From a virus: a stretch of DNA of 64,000 nucleotides. The stretch's first letter is position 1. Every line of letters begins with the position of its first letter. The notes below the pieces were generated by a model. The model had not been told where the DNA came from. It worked only from the letters and a program-made list of their open reading frames with translations, and did no database searches. The translations under genes were made by a program, and so were the position numbers. The stretch covers positions 1-64,000 of IMG/VR virus record IMGVR_UViG_3300037851_000222, one strand, 5' to 3'. Positions 46,554 through 55,204 of the stretch are shown here, in pieces.

Positions 46554-46565
46554 CTACGGCTCCGA

Positions 46566-47102
46566 TCAGACGTTCGGGGTGTAGCCGTAAATCTTGAAGC
46601 CCAGCAGCGTGAAGAACACGTCATTGTCCGCACCCGACAGGTCGGTCAGGTCGAACGAGACGGTCGTGTTCGCCGGTAGCAACAGGGGCTTCGGCAAGAT
46701 GTCGGGACGCTCGGCGGTGCCGACGAACGCCGCGCTGTGGACGGCGCGGTTGTTCAGTTGGCGGTCGCTGGCGTCGATGCGGGTGTCGATCAGGTAGGCA
46801 CCGGTCGAGGCACCGTTGACGTAGCGGGCGATGAAGGCCGCGTCGGCGGTGATCTTGATGGTGGCCGTGGCCTGGCCGTTGGCCGCGAGGGCATTGCCCA
46901 AGCGGCTCGACAACTCAAAGCTGTACGCATACGGCAGCACGTTGGCCGCCGGGTACGCTCCGAGGATGTCGAACAGGGCCTGGCGGATGCTCGCCAAGCC
47001 GAGCATGTTGGCCAGAGCCTCGGGCTGGAGGCTGCGGCCGATTTGCGCCATCTCGGGCGGCATCGGGATTTGACCCTTGCCGGGGAGCATGCCAGAGTCC
47101 AT
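46566..47102 (-). CDS. Putative single-jelly-roll capsid/penton protein
   Basis: Eight-strand pattern YSFEL...IKITADAAF...RQLNNRAV...LPKPLLLPANTTVSFDL...VFFTLLGFK; own promoter and AAGGAGG SD. Confidence 0.7.
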   Translation of the reverse strand: MDSGMLPGKGQIPMPPEMAQIGRSLQPEALANMLGLASIRQALFDILGAYPAANVLPYAYSFELSSRLGNALAANGQATATIKITADAAFIARYVNGASTGAYLIDTRIDASDRQLNNRAVHSAAFVGTAERPDILPKPLLLPANTTVSFDLTDLSGADNDVFFTLLGFKIYGYTPNV

Positions 47103-47131
47103 TACGGACCTCCTTCGCTGTTGTGCTGTCG

Positions 47132-47175
47132 ATCATACCCTCGTCTAAACGAGGTGCAAGTATTCTGTTTATACA
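47132..47175 (-). promoter_or_regulatory. Sigma70-like promoter with two operator-like sites
   Basis: TTGCAC-16nt-TATGAT; CTCGTTTAGACGAG in spacer; TGTTTATACA at 47166. Confidence 0.65.
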
Positions 47176-47894
47176 GAGAATGCCAAGCGTTTCTTTGATT
47201 TATGACGCTTCATCGCCTTAACGTACTTCTCGACCCCCGCATCGGTGGTCAGGTGTGCATAGAGTTTCACCGCGCTGCGAATGGACTCGCAGCGACGATG
47301 GAACTTGGCGGTGGGCAGCACGATGTCCTGACCATTGCGGATGACGACGTGGATGCCGACTGGCTTTTGCTCAAAGAACGGGTAGCGCGGGTTGTTCTTG
47401 ACGCCCCGCAGGATTTCCTCCGTCAGGCCGACCTTCATTACTCGGCCGGCGCTGTCCCGCAGCCCCTCGGGGTGGTCGACGGACGGCGAGACCCAAGCCC
47501 TGATCCGCGTCCGCCCCGCCAGTATGTGGGCCACCAGCCGCCGATGGCCGTCGATCACCCGCAGGGTGCCCGCGTCGGTCTGGATGACGTGGATGGGCGC
47601 GAGCCGCTTGCCCGAGCGCAACTGCTGCGCGTAGGCCAGGGCGTGCGCCTGCTTGGTCGGGTGCAGGTGCTGCCACACCTCGTCGCCCTTGCGTCCGTAG
47701 GTCAACTCCGGGGCCTGCAAGTCGCGGATCCGCACGGAGCGAAGCTGCTCGATCTCGTGCCCGTAGGGACCGGCGACCGCGTCCCGCCGCCACGTCCCGA
47801 GAGGGTAATTCGGCACCGGCCGGCGCTTGCGGCTGTGGCCGGCGGGGGCCTTGCGGGCGTAGGCTTGGAGGGAGAGGTAGCGGGGGTTGGTCAT
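47169..47894 (-). CDS. ParB/Srx-like domain protein
   Basis: LAPIHV...RVIDGHRRLVAHILAGRTRIRAWV. Confidence 0.8.
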   Translation of the reverse strand: MTNPRYLSLQAYARKAPAGHSRKRRPVPNYPLGTWRRDAVAGPYGHEIEQLRSVRIRDLQAPELTYGRKGDEVWQHLHPTKQAHALAYAQQLRSGKRLAPIHVIQTDAGTLRVIDGHRRLVAHILAGRTRIRAWVSPSVDHPEGLRDSAGRVMKVGLTEEILRGVKNNPRYPFFEQKPVGIHVVIRNGQDIVLPTAKFHRRCESIRSAVKLYAHLTTDAGVEKYVKAMKRHKSKKRLAFSV

Positions 47895-48982
47895 CCCGGC
47901 ACCTCCGGTGCGGCGTCCGATGCCTTGACCCTGACGTTCTTGACCACCCGCACCCGGTCAGCGGGGATGGTGCTCTGCCGCAGTCGCAGGATGTTCGACT
48001 CGGGCGCGGCACCCTTGTCCATGACCCAAGTGTCTTCCTCGACGGTGAAGTCTAAGCCCTCCATGTCGATTTCCAACAGGGACACGACACCAGGGCGCAG
48101 GAAGTCATCGCGCAGCAGGAGCGGGATCCATTGCAGGGCGTCACCAGGCGTTGGCGCGACGTGGACCTCGTAGGTCTCGCCGTCGAAGTGCCGCAGCCCT
48201 AGGTACTGCCCCTTCTTCACCCGGCCGCCAACTACTCGATACCAGACGGTCTGTGGCCCCGTCACGACCTCGTCCAGGGCACGCTTGGAGGCTGCATAGG
48301 CCTTGTTGCCGGCCACCTGCTGCGCGACCCACGCCACCACCTCGTCGGTGGGCGCGCCCTCAAACTGCTTCAGGTAGGCTCGCAGGGCGTCGTCACGGGT
48401 GAACGTCGCGGCCCACTCACGCATGATGGGGATGTCGCGGAACCGCTCGGGGAGCCGGCTGGGGTTGGTGATCACGGCTGTCCTCCGGCTGAAGGCGCCG
48501 GTGTTGGCCACCGCCTTGACCTGCTTGGGGTCAAGGACCGCGAGGAAGGCCGGATCGCGGACGGGCACCTTGCCCAGCATGAGGCTTTGCCCCGGCACCA
48601 TGACCCCGTCGTGCCCGACCAGCGCGGTGTCGCGCCAAGCCGCCCACCACTGGCTGTCGCCGCCGTGGGCGCCTCGCAGGTCGTTCCATCGCTCCCTCGT
48701 CAGGCGCTTCGGCCGCAGGATGCGCAGGTAGCACGCCATTACCTTGCCGCCGTAGATGCCGGCGAAGTCCCGGTCGTCGGTGAACCAGAACCCGACTTTG
48801 CTCGACCCCTTCCCGGTCTTGGTGCGGTCGAAGCGGTCGAACGCGGCGGTCGTGCCGTGGTAGACCACCAGCGGACGCCCCTGTTCATCAACCGCTTTGG
48901 ATTTACCGAACCATTGCCAGAAGTTGACGATACCCGCCTCGGTAGGGTGGATCAACTGCCCGAGACTGTTGTGGCGGATCAC
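47891..48982 (-). CDS. ART-PolyVal-like ADP-ribosyltransferase fused to a second (possibly ART-like) domain
   Basis: NFWQWFGKSK...PLVVYHGT, GFWFTDD, ACYLRILRP, GHDGV, PKQVKA.NTGAFS. Confidence 0.75.
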   Translation of the reverse strand: MIRHNSLGQLIHPTEAGIVNFWQWFGKSKAVDEQGRPLVVYHGTTAAFDRFDRTKTGKGSSKVGFWFTDDRDFAGIYGGKVMACYLRILRPKRLTRERWNDLRGAHGGDSQWWAAWRDTALVGHDGVMVPGQSLMLGKVPVRDPAFLAVLDPKQVKAVANTGAFSRRTAVITNPSRLPERFRDIPIMREWAATFTRDDALRAYLKQFEGAPTDEVVAWVAQQVAGNKAYAASKRALDEVVTGPQTVWYRVVGGRVKKGQYLGLRHFDGETYEVHVAPTPGDALQWIPLLLRDDFLRPGVVSLLEIDMEGLDFTVEEDTWVMDKGAAPESNILRLRQSTIPADRVRVVKNVRVKASDAAPEVPG

Positions 48983-48992
48983 AACGCCCCGA

Positions 48993-49394
48993 TCAACCGA
49001 CCTGCGAGGCCCGCTTGGTGTAGCCGCTGTCGGACTGCCGGGAGGGCTGGTCAATCACCTTGAGGTTGACGTGACTCTCGTTGGCCTTGTCGTGCAGGCA
49101 GGGGCGGTTCTTCATCACGAGAGTATTCTGGTTGATGGCCTTGATCAACTCCCGCTGCACCATGGAGTTCTCGCGGATCGCCTGCACCACTTGATCTGTC
49201 ATCTCGGTCTGCTTGGCGCCGAAGTCGGTTGCCAGCTTCAGCCGATCCTCTTCCGTGTCGTTCAGGCGCTTGGCCAGACGCTCCCACTGGACACGGAACC
49301 AGACATTTTGCTTGTAAATGTACCACATAAGGACACCAGCGATACTTGCATAGCCGCCAAATGATTTGGCGACTTCCAGCAGTTGCTCAAGCAT
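48993..49394 (-). CDS. Holin-like single-TM plus coiled-coil protein
   Basis: FGGYASIAGVLMWYIY then heptad-rich region; own promoter TTGCCG-16-TACCAT. Confidence 0.55.
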   Translation of the reverse strand: MLEQLLEVAKSFGGYASIAGVLMWYIYKQNVWFRVQWERLAKRLNDTEEDRLKLATDFGAKQTEMTDQVVQAIRENSMVQRELIKAINQNTLVMKNRPCLHDKANESHVNLKVIDQPSRQSDSGYTKRASQVG

Positions 49395-49455
49395 GATAAG
49401 GCTCCGGTTCAGGGTGCGGCTTCATGGTACCGTGCTTCGTATAAACGGCAAGCAT

Positions 49456-50205
49456 TCACTCGCCCTGGCGGTGTCTCTGTACGACCTTCCAACCCTTAGT
49501 CTTACAGGCCTTTATCTGTTGATTGGCCTCGGCGTAGGTCAGCTTGGACCGCCGCGCCAGGCCCCATTGGTAGCCGTCGCTCTCGCGCGCCGTGCAGAGC
49601 ACCTTGGTCTTGCTGACCCGTCCGTAGCGCCGGGTTGCGAGGCCGCTGGGGGCCTCCAGGGTGATGGAGGTGAGCTTGGTAGGTGGGTTGGTGATCACAG
49701 GGTCGCTCGGGTCGAAGGTGCCACGGTTGCCGATAGCGGACTTGATTTGGGTGGGGTCGAAGACGATGTAGTAGGTCTCGCCGCTATCTTCGTCGTACAA
49801 CCAAACCCCGTCGCAGCCCTCATCTTTGGCTGCCAGCATCAACTCGGCCTCGATCTTGACTTGCCCCAAGTCACCGGGTTCCAAGTCATATTCGTAGGGG
49901 TTTTCCATCTTCAGGTAGACAGGCATGACGTTGTGACCAAAGTATTTTGCAGTTTCTTCATCAGGACTGAAGAAAAACCCTGTAGTATGCTTGGGGGCTT
50001 GAACCCCACGCTTCGCAACGGTGGCACCAAAGTCTTTGTCCGAAAACTGATTGAACTTGGCATTGGTCCCGTGGTAGACGACCAGGGGCACAGGGCCTTG
50101 TTTGGTTATCGTCGTGACCTTGCTGTCCCCGAACCACCGCCAGAAGTTGACAATGCCGGCTTCTGTGGGGTGGATCAGTTTTCCAAGCGAGTTGTGGCGG
50201 ATCAT
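49456..50205 (-). CDS. ART-PolyVal-like ADP-ribosyltransferase with short basic C-terminal domain
   Basis: PLVVYHGT, GFFFS, VMPVYLKMENP, GCDGV, YIVFDPTQIKSAIGNRGTFD. Confidence 0.8.
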   Translation of the reverse strand: MIRHNSLGKLIHPTEAGIVNFWRWFGDSKVTTITKQGPVPLVVYHGTNAKFNQFSDKDFGATVAKRGVQAPKHTTGFFFSPDEETAKYFGHNVMPVYLKMENPYEYDLEPGDLGQVKIEAELMLAAKDEGCDGVWLYDEDSGETYYIVFDPTQIKSAIGNRGTFDPSDPVITNPPTKLTSITLEAPSGLATRRYGRVSKTKVLCTARESDGYQWGLARRSKLTYAEANQQIKACKTKGWKVVQRHRQGE

Positions 50206-50396
50206 CTCGTTAACCCCTCCAGGTCGCGCCCGATGTTGTCAGCCCAGTCGGCGTCGTAGGTCAGTGTCTGCTTGCCCGCCTCAATCATCAGCCGCCGCTC
50301 CTGGGCCAGGTCGAACAAGGTGCGGACCTGCGCGGCGGTCGGCCGCACGACGACGGCGGTCAGGGCGACGATGATGTAGCTGATATGGACGTTCAT
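50202..50396 (-). CDS. Hypothetical protein
   Basis: Fills gap, coupled to neighbours. Confidence 0.5.
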   Translation of the reverse strand: MNVHISYIIVALTAVVVRPTAAQVRTLFDLAQERRLMIEAGKQTLTYDADWADNIGRDLEGLTR

Positions 50397-50397
50397 G

Positions 50398-51471
50398 TCA
50401 GCGTGCCCTCAAAGGACGGACGGTGGGTGTTCCACCGGCCGCACCAGAGACCGGCTTCCACGGCCCCATGGGGCTGATGCTATAGACGGCCGGGCCATAG
50501 GTGGGCAAGGCCATCCATCGACCGAGTGTGGGTGAGTAAGCGACCCCAGGCTCGGCAACGACCACCCCTGATGCTGGCCAAGTGAACACAACCGTCCAAC
50601 TGGCGCCGTCGAAATGCCACAGAACATTGATAAAGCCGCTCAAGTCGTTGAACCGGGCGTAGCCAACGACCAGCCAGTTGGACCCGCCGTCATACGCCAC
50701 CGCTTGGGCGGTACCGTAGGCATTTCCGAAGTCGCCAAAGACATAACCAGGAGGCGCTGGAAGCAACGTCGGGTTGAACGTGACAGGGAGGGTCAGATCA
50801 GAGAAGTAGGCGATAGGCTCTGACCCGACGCCGCTTCCACCTGTGTACCCAACCGCCAGCGTCCCGGCCACGTCCAGCAGAGCTTCCCCCGCGGGAGTGG
50901 ACACAAACTCAACGATACTCGTACCATCGTAGGGGCCTGTGACCCAGCCGGCGAGCGTGCCCTGGAAGGTGGGGGCCACCCCCGTCGCCGTGATGAGAAT
51001 GATGTCACTTCCTATGTAATCCACGAATACCGACGAGATCGCCGCCGTGGTGGGGAAGTCTCCTCGGATGGGCAGGTCCACCGGACCACCGGGAGTCACA
51101 AACCGGAAGAACTCGCCAGGTCCGATGGTTTCCCCGATGCCGAAGATCCAATCGTTTAACGGCATGCGCCCGAAGTAGGGCAGATTGAACCCCAAACCAC
51201 TGTAGGTGGTCCACGGATCCAAGACATCACCGGCGTTTGATATACGAGGCAGGGCGGACCAAGAGGGGGCACGGGAAACCCAGAAATAGCCGTTGATTGA
51301 GGCCATCCAGAGGTCAACCGTTGAGATGGAGGCCCCGCCCGCCCCGCCCGCAGGAACGACCCCCGCCCACGACATGCCATCGACGGAGTAGCGACCGAAG
51401 CAATCGAGGAAGTAAGCCTCCACGTCGCAGCAACCCGGCGGCTCGGCCAAGGTGGGTTTAGGAGGGGGCAT
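50398..51471 (-). CDS. Beta-propeller-like protein with N-terminal PTLAEPPGCC peptide
   Basis: SVDGMSW, FDGASWT, GVAYSPTLG. Confidence 0.7.
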   Translation of the reverse strand: MPPPKPTLAEPPGCCDVEAYFLDCFGRYSVDGMSWAGVVPAGGAGGASISTVDLWMASINGYFWVSRAPSWSALPRISNAGDVLDPWTTYSGLGFNLPYFGRMPLNDWIFGIGETIGPGEFFRFVTPGGPVDLPIRGDFPTTAAISSVFVDYIGSDIILITATGVAPTFQGTLAGWVTGPYDGTSIVEFVSTPAGEALLDVAGTLAVGYTGGSGVGSEPIAYFSDLTLPVTFNPTLLPAPPGYVFGDFGNAYGTAQAVAYDGGSNWLVVGYARFNDLSGFINVLWHFDGASWTVVFTWPASGVVVAEPGVAYSPTLGRWMALPTYGPAVYSISPMGPWKPVSGAAGGTPTVRPLRAR

Positions 51472-51736
51472 GGTGTTTCCTCATGATCCGGTCAGTTTCG
51501 CCCTGGTGGTACTGAACCAGCCGGTCCAAGTAGCACTCTGGGCACAGCGGCACGGCGCTGAACTCGCCGCCCACCGTGCCCTCTGGCGGCATCAGCTTGG
51601 TCCCGCACCGGCAGACCTCGGGCGCGAAGCGTGGCTTGTCCTTGTCGTCCATCTGGTATGGCGCCCCGCACCCGGCGCAGACGACGTGCCCCTGCCACTC
51701 GACGGCGCCGTGTGTCTGGCAGGCGAGGGCGGTCAC
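51458..51736 (-). CDS. Cys/His zinc-finger protein (paralog of 59051-59239)
   Basis: CQTHG...CAGC...CRCG...CPECY. Confidence 0.65.
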   Translation of the reverse strand: MTALACQTHGAVEWQGHVVCAGCGAPYQMDDKDKPRFAPEVCRCGTKLMPPEGTVGGEFSAVPLCPECYLDRLVQYHQGETDRIMRKHHAPS

Positions 51737-52779
51737 TGGAGCGCCCTCAGCGTCCAGACGAGGGCGCTGGGCTGCCCGGCGTAGAGCGTGGTCTGGAACG
51801 TCCACGCGAGCCCGTTCGGGCTGGTGTAGACCTGAAACCCCGTGTCCGTGCCCAGGATCGCCACGAACAGCCCCAGCGTTGGCGACCAAGCGATGCCGCC
51901 GAAGGCGAGCCGCCCCGTGAGCACCGAGACGGGGAGTTGCAGCACCGCCCCGGAGGTTCCGTAGACCCAGATCGCAGCGTAGTCCTGCCCGGACTCGCGG
52001 CGCCTGCCAAGTCCGACCGTGGTGCCACCGTTGGTGGCGACCCAGGAGATTTCACTATATGGACTCGGCGGGTTGACCTCGGCGTTCTGGATCGTCCAGG
52101 CAGAGGAAGCATAGGGCGGTGGCTTGAACCACCACCTGGCGACTTGACCAATGGAGGTGAGTTGGCCACCGACCACCACCCCGCTCGGGTTGATGCACAG
52201 GTCTCGGGGGAAGCTGTTGGGGTTGCCAGCCAGTTGCACCATGAACGCATTTGCATTGATGTAGGGCTGCTGCTCCCATCCGAACAGATACCCATTGTTG
52301 CTGAAGTCCTGCCCGCACGTCAGCAGGGCGGTGCCCGACCCCAGCGGGGACACCGCGAAGGTGTACCTCGGACTCAACGACACCCCGGGCAGACCGCCCA
52401 GCACACGAGAGGCACAACCTACCTTGTAGCCGACCCCATTGGCGAACAGGTAGCCGTCCAGCATCACCGGCAGCAGCGCGCCCTCGCGGCCGAACCCACC
52501 AGGCGCGCCATCACAGCCGATGTTGGCCCATGTGCCCAAGGCCGGCGACACCGCCCGGAGCGAGTTGCCCACTCCACCGCTGATACCAAGAACATCAGGC
52601 GTCTCCCCAGGCAGAGTCGAGAGACTGTCTGGCGGGATGGTCCGCGGGTAGGGCTGTGTGTTCCATACGCTCGGGACGGACGACATCACCAGCACCTCAT
52701 CCTCAGTGGTGCCGGCGATCAGATACGGGGCGCCGCAGCACCCCGGGGGCTCGGCCAAGGTCGGCTTGGGCGGTGACAT
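51733..52779 (-). CDS. Beta-propeller-like protein with N-terminal PTLAEPPGCC peptide
   Basis: GIAWSPTLGLFVA, YTSPNGLAWT; AAGGA SD. Confidence 0.7.
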   Translation of the reverse strand: MSPPKPTLAEPPGCCGAPYLIAGTTEDEVLVMSSVPSVWNTQPYPRTIPPDSLSTLPGETPDVLGISGGVGNSLRAVSPALGTWANIGCDGAPGGFGREGALLPVMLDGYLFANGVGYKVGCASRVLGGLPGVSLSPRYTFAVSPLGSGTALLTCGQDFSNNGYLFGWEQQPYINANAFMVQLAGNPNSFPRDLCINPSGVVVGGQLTSIGQVARWWFKPPPYASSAWTIQNAEVNPPSPYSEISWVATNGGTTVGLGRRRESGQDYAAIWVYGTSGAVLQLPVSVLTGRLAFGGIAWSPTLGLFVAILGTDTGFQVYTSPNGLAWTFQTTLYAGQPSALVWTLRALQ

Positions 52780-52783
52780 GCGG

Positions 52784-52864
52784 TCAATCCTTCCGGCCCT
52801 GGAGCAGGAACAGCGCCAGCGTCATCAACCCCCCGGCGACCGCCGGCCACGCCCACTCGCCCAT
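52784..52864 (-). CDS. 26-aa membrane micropeptide (below ORF-track cutoff)
   Basis: MGEWAWPAVAGGLMTLALFLLQGRKD, GAGG upstream, fills the intergenic gap exactly. Confidence 0.5.
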   Translation of the reverse strand: MGEWAWPAVAGGLMTLALFLLQGRKD

Positions 52865-52868
52865 GGGG

Positions 52869-53285
52869 TCAAGCCTCACCACTGCCGTGCTTGGTGCCCA
52901 GCAGGAGCGCCAGGAGCGCCACTGCCCCGCACCCCGCCCACACCATCTTGTTCATGTACCACGGCGCGGCTGCCACGGGGGCAGGCGTGATCGTCGGGGC
53001 CACGGGCGCGGGCGCAGCAGGCGCCTCGGCCTCGACGCTGACGCCGAGGATCTGCTTGCCGGTCAGGGCATTGATCATGTCCTGGGTCTGGACGAACTGC
53101 TGAATGGCGCCGTTGGCCACGCCCACAGCCTGGTCGGTCATCCACCGGTAGGTCGTGACCTTCGGCTCCTCGCTGATCTTGCGCAGCGTCTCGCCGTGGA
53201 TGGGGATGATCTCCAGGCCGGACTTGAACGCCGGCTGGGCGTTGTCGGCCCAAGTGATTTTGACGATCATCGGGGATTTGGCCAT
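52869..53285 (-). CDS. Protein with C-terminal TM anchor
   Basis: AGGAG SD; PWYMNKMVWAGCGAVALLALLLG. Confidence 0.7.
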   Translation of the reverse strand: MAKSPMIVKITWADNAQPAFKSGLEIIPIHGETLRKISEEPKVTTYRWMTDQAVGVANGAIQQFVQTQDMINALTGKQILGVSVEAEAPAAPAPVAPTITPAPVAAAPWYMNKMVWAGCGAVALLALLLGTKHGSGEA

Positions 53286-53293
53286 GGTGGCTC

Positions 53294-53773
53294 CTAGACG
53301 ATGAGGGTATCGTAGTTGGGTTGGGTCGCGGCCCAAGCGTTGAAGCTGTCCACGCTCACAAAGGCCGGCAGGGTCTCGCGTCCGGTGATAAGGGCGGCCA
53401 TGTAGCGGTGGTTGCCGTTGCGGATCTGGAACAGTGTCGGGGCGTAATCCTCCCATTCTAGCAGCACGGGCGGCGGCTCGGTGGGGCGCCCGAGGTAGGA
53501 CCGCATTGTTCGACCGAACAGGCCGTCGCGTTGCACCTGTTGGATGATCTGATGCAGGGGCGAAGTGTATCCCTTATCCATCAAGGACACGAAAAACTTG
53601 GGAAAGTAGATGTATTGCCCCGTGCCCTTCAGCCGGCGGTGCCAATCAACCCCTTGCCCCGCCCGTTTCCCAGGGTGCTCGGAAACCAAGTCCTGCCGGT
53701 GCATTTCATCCGCGACCTCGCGCCAGCCGACGCGGATCCCTTCGATGAACGTGCCGCGTGGACGACGTGCCAT
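53294..53773 (-). CDS. ParB/Srx-like domain protein
   Basis: PPPVLLE...QIRNGNHRYMAALITGRETLPAFV. Confidence 0.7.
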   Translation of the reverse strand: MARRPRGTFIEGIRVGWREVADEMHRQDLVSEHPGKRAGQGVDWHRRLKGTGQYIYFPKFFVSLMDKGYTSPLHQIIQQVQRDGLFGRTMRSYLGRPTEPPPVLLEWEDYAPTLFQIRNGNHRYMAALITGRETLPAFVSVDSFNAWAATQPNYDTLIV

Positions 53774-53779
53774 GCCGCC

Positions 53780-53901
53780 ATCATGCCACGATCCGCCCCC
53801 TGGACAATGCCCACGTTTATACCGCTAGGATGGTCGTAGCATAAGCCTTGTCGGCACAGTCAGAAGAAAGCTGTTGACGGGCATTTCCTTGCCCGTATCA
53901 C
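53780..53901. promoter_or_regulatory. Divergent promoter region
   Basis: Minus strand TTGTCC-16-CATGAT; plus strand TTGACG-16-TATCAC; CGTTTATACC site between them. Confidence 0.55.
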
Positions 53902-53908
53902 TGTGGAC

Positions 53909-54175
53909 ATGCCAAACGCAGGTTGGATTTGTGCAAAGCAGCAGATGCCTGAGCCGAACGCCGGACGGCTGCTGTGGCTCGCGTGGAACACGGGCCGGGT
54001 GGCGCTGGGCTACTTCATCACCCGTCACACCAAGCGCAACAACGCCGGGGTGACGTGGCAGTGGGTCAACGCTGGCGGCCTGCCGATCTTCCATCCCCAG
54101 GGCATCACCCACTGGATGCCGGTCGACGTGCCCCCACCCCCACCGACCGGGCGACTGGTCAAGGAGCCGCTGTGA
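53909..54175 (+). CDS. DUF551-like phage protein
   Basis: WIC...MPE...ITHWMP. Confidence 0.7.
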   Translation: MPNAGWICAKQQMPEPNAGRLLWLAWNTGRVALGYFITRHTKRNNAGVTWQWVNAGGLPIFHPQGITHWMPVDVPPPPPTGRLVKEPL

Positions 54176-54363
54176 AATACCCCTATCAATGGCTGCCGGT
54201 CGTGTTCGGTCTGCTGCTCGTGATTCTGGCTGTCGCGTGCCACTACGAGCATGTCAACGCCCCTTGGATGTGGCTGCTGTGCTGCTTCGCCGGCTACACC
54301 CTGGGCAAGTGGGTCGAGCACCTGGACATGATGCGCCTGATGCAGGAGGCGGAACATGGCTGA
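54172..54363 (+). CDS. Small two-TM protein
   Basis: AAGGAG SD, GTGA overlap, two hydrophobic stretches. Confidence 0.6.
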   Translation: MKYPYQWLPVVFGLLLVILAVACHYEHVNAPWMWLLCCFAGYTLGKWVEHLDMMRLMQEAEHG

Positions 54364-55204
54364 CTTACCTTACCACGTCCACTACAAGGACTGCATCCTC
54401 GTTCCGGGGAAGACACCCCGCGGTTTGTATGAATGGACCGTGGTTGACGAGGATGTGATTGTGGCCATCTGTACTACCCTGGAGAGGGCCAAGGCGGTAG
54501 TGGACGCCCGTCCGATGCGGATGGAAGCGCCCACCCCCCCGGCCAAGCCCGAGGATGTCGTGGCCGAGGAGGGCGATTACCTGATCGTCGACACCCCCTG
54601 TCGGCCCAACCGGTACAAAGTGACGCCGAAGGGGCAGCCGCCGTTCAACACCGATAACAGCCCATGCAACTTCTTCCCGTACTTGGGTGATGCCAAACTT
54701 GAGGCCCGGCGCCGAACGGAGCGCAAGACCAAGTCCCCCGAGGCGCCCACGGGGCTGGACCTGCCGCCGGGGTACAGCGCCATGTTCAGCGTGGCGGATG
54801 GGGCTTGGAAGGTCAAGTTCCCCGATGGCAGCATCCGGCACATCATCCAGCTTCGTTTCAAGCCCGGCGAGCACGCGACCGCGCTGGCGTTCATATACAA
54901 GGGGTTCCAGATCACGCCGGGCTTGGACGAGGACGGTCGGTGGTTTTTCAACTGTCCCATGCTCCCCGCGTGGACTGGTGCCCCGTCGCATAGCGACTTG
55001 AAGAAGGTACTCCTGCGGGCGGAACAGGTTGTGCTGTCTCGCAAGTACCACCGCTGGATCATCTACCCGAAGTTGGATGAGGCGAACAAATGGTGCCTCA
55101 CTCGTGAGAGCGGTAGGGGTGCTTGGACTTGCGACAGCCCTGACAAGGCATACGTCAAAGCCGACAGACTCGATCTTGAAGAGTTCAGAAAGGACACCCC
55201 ATGA
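54356..55204 (+). CDS. Hypothetical protein with repeated YKG/YKD-type small modules
   Basis: GGAGG SD; long clean ORF. Confidence 0.65.
   Translation: MADLPYHVHYKDCILVPGKTPRGLYEWTVVDEDVIVAICTTLERAKAVVDARPMRMEAPTPPAKPEDVVAEEGDYLIVDTPCRPNRYKVTPKGQPPFNTDNSPCNFFPYLGDAKLEARRRTERKTKSPEAPTGLDLPPGYSAMFSVADGAWKVKFPDGSIRHIIQLRFKPGEHATALAFIYKGFQITPGLDEDGRWFFNCPMLPAWTGAPSHSDLKKVLLRAEQVVLSRKYHRWIIYPKLDEANKWCLTRESGRGAWTCDSPDKAYVKADRLDLEEFRKDTP

Noticed and set aside
40921-52779. Shufflon/DNA rearrangement via the PTLAEP-CC coding sequence
   Set aside because: The three DNA copies differ at synonymous sites, are in direct orientation, and no site-specific recombinase is visible
22997-53773. Tailed-phage (HK97) morphogenesis module
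   Set aside because: No terminase Walker/nuclease motifs, portal, sheath, baseplate or tape measure recognisable; fibres alone do not imply a tail
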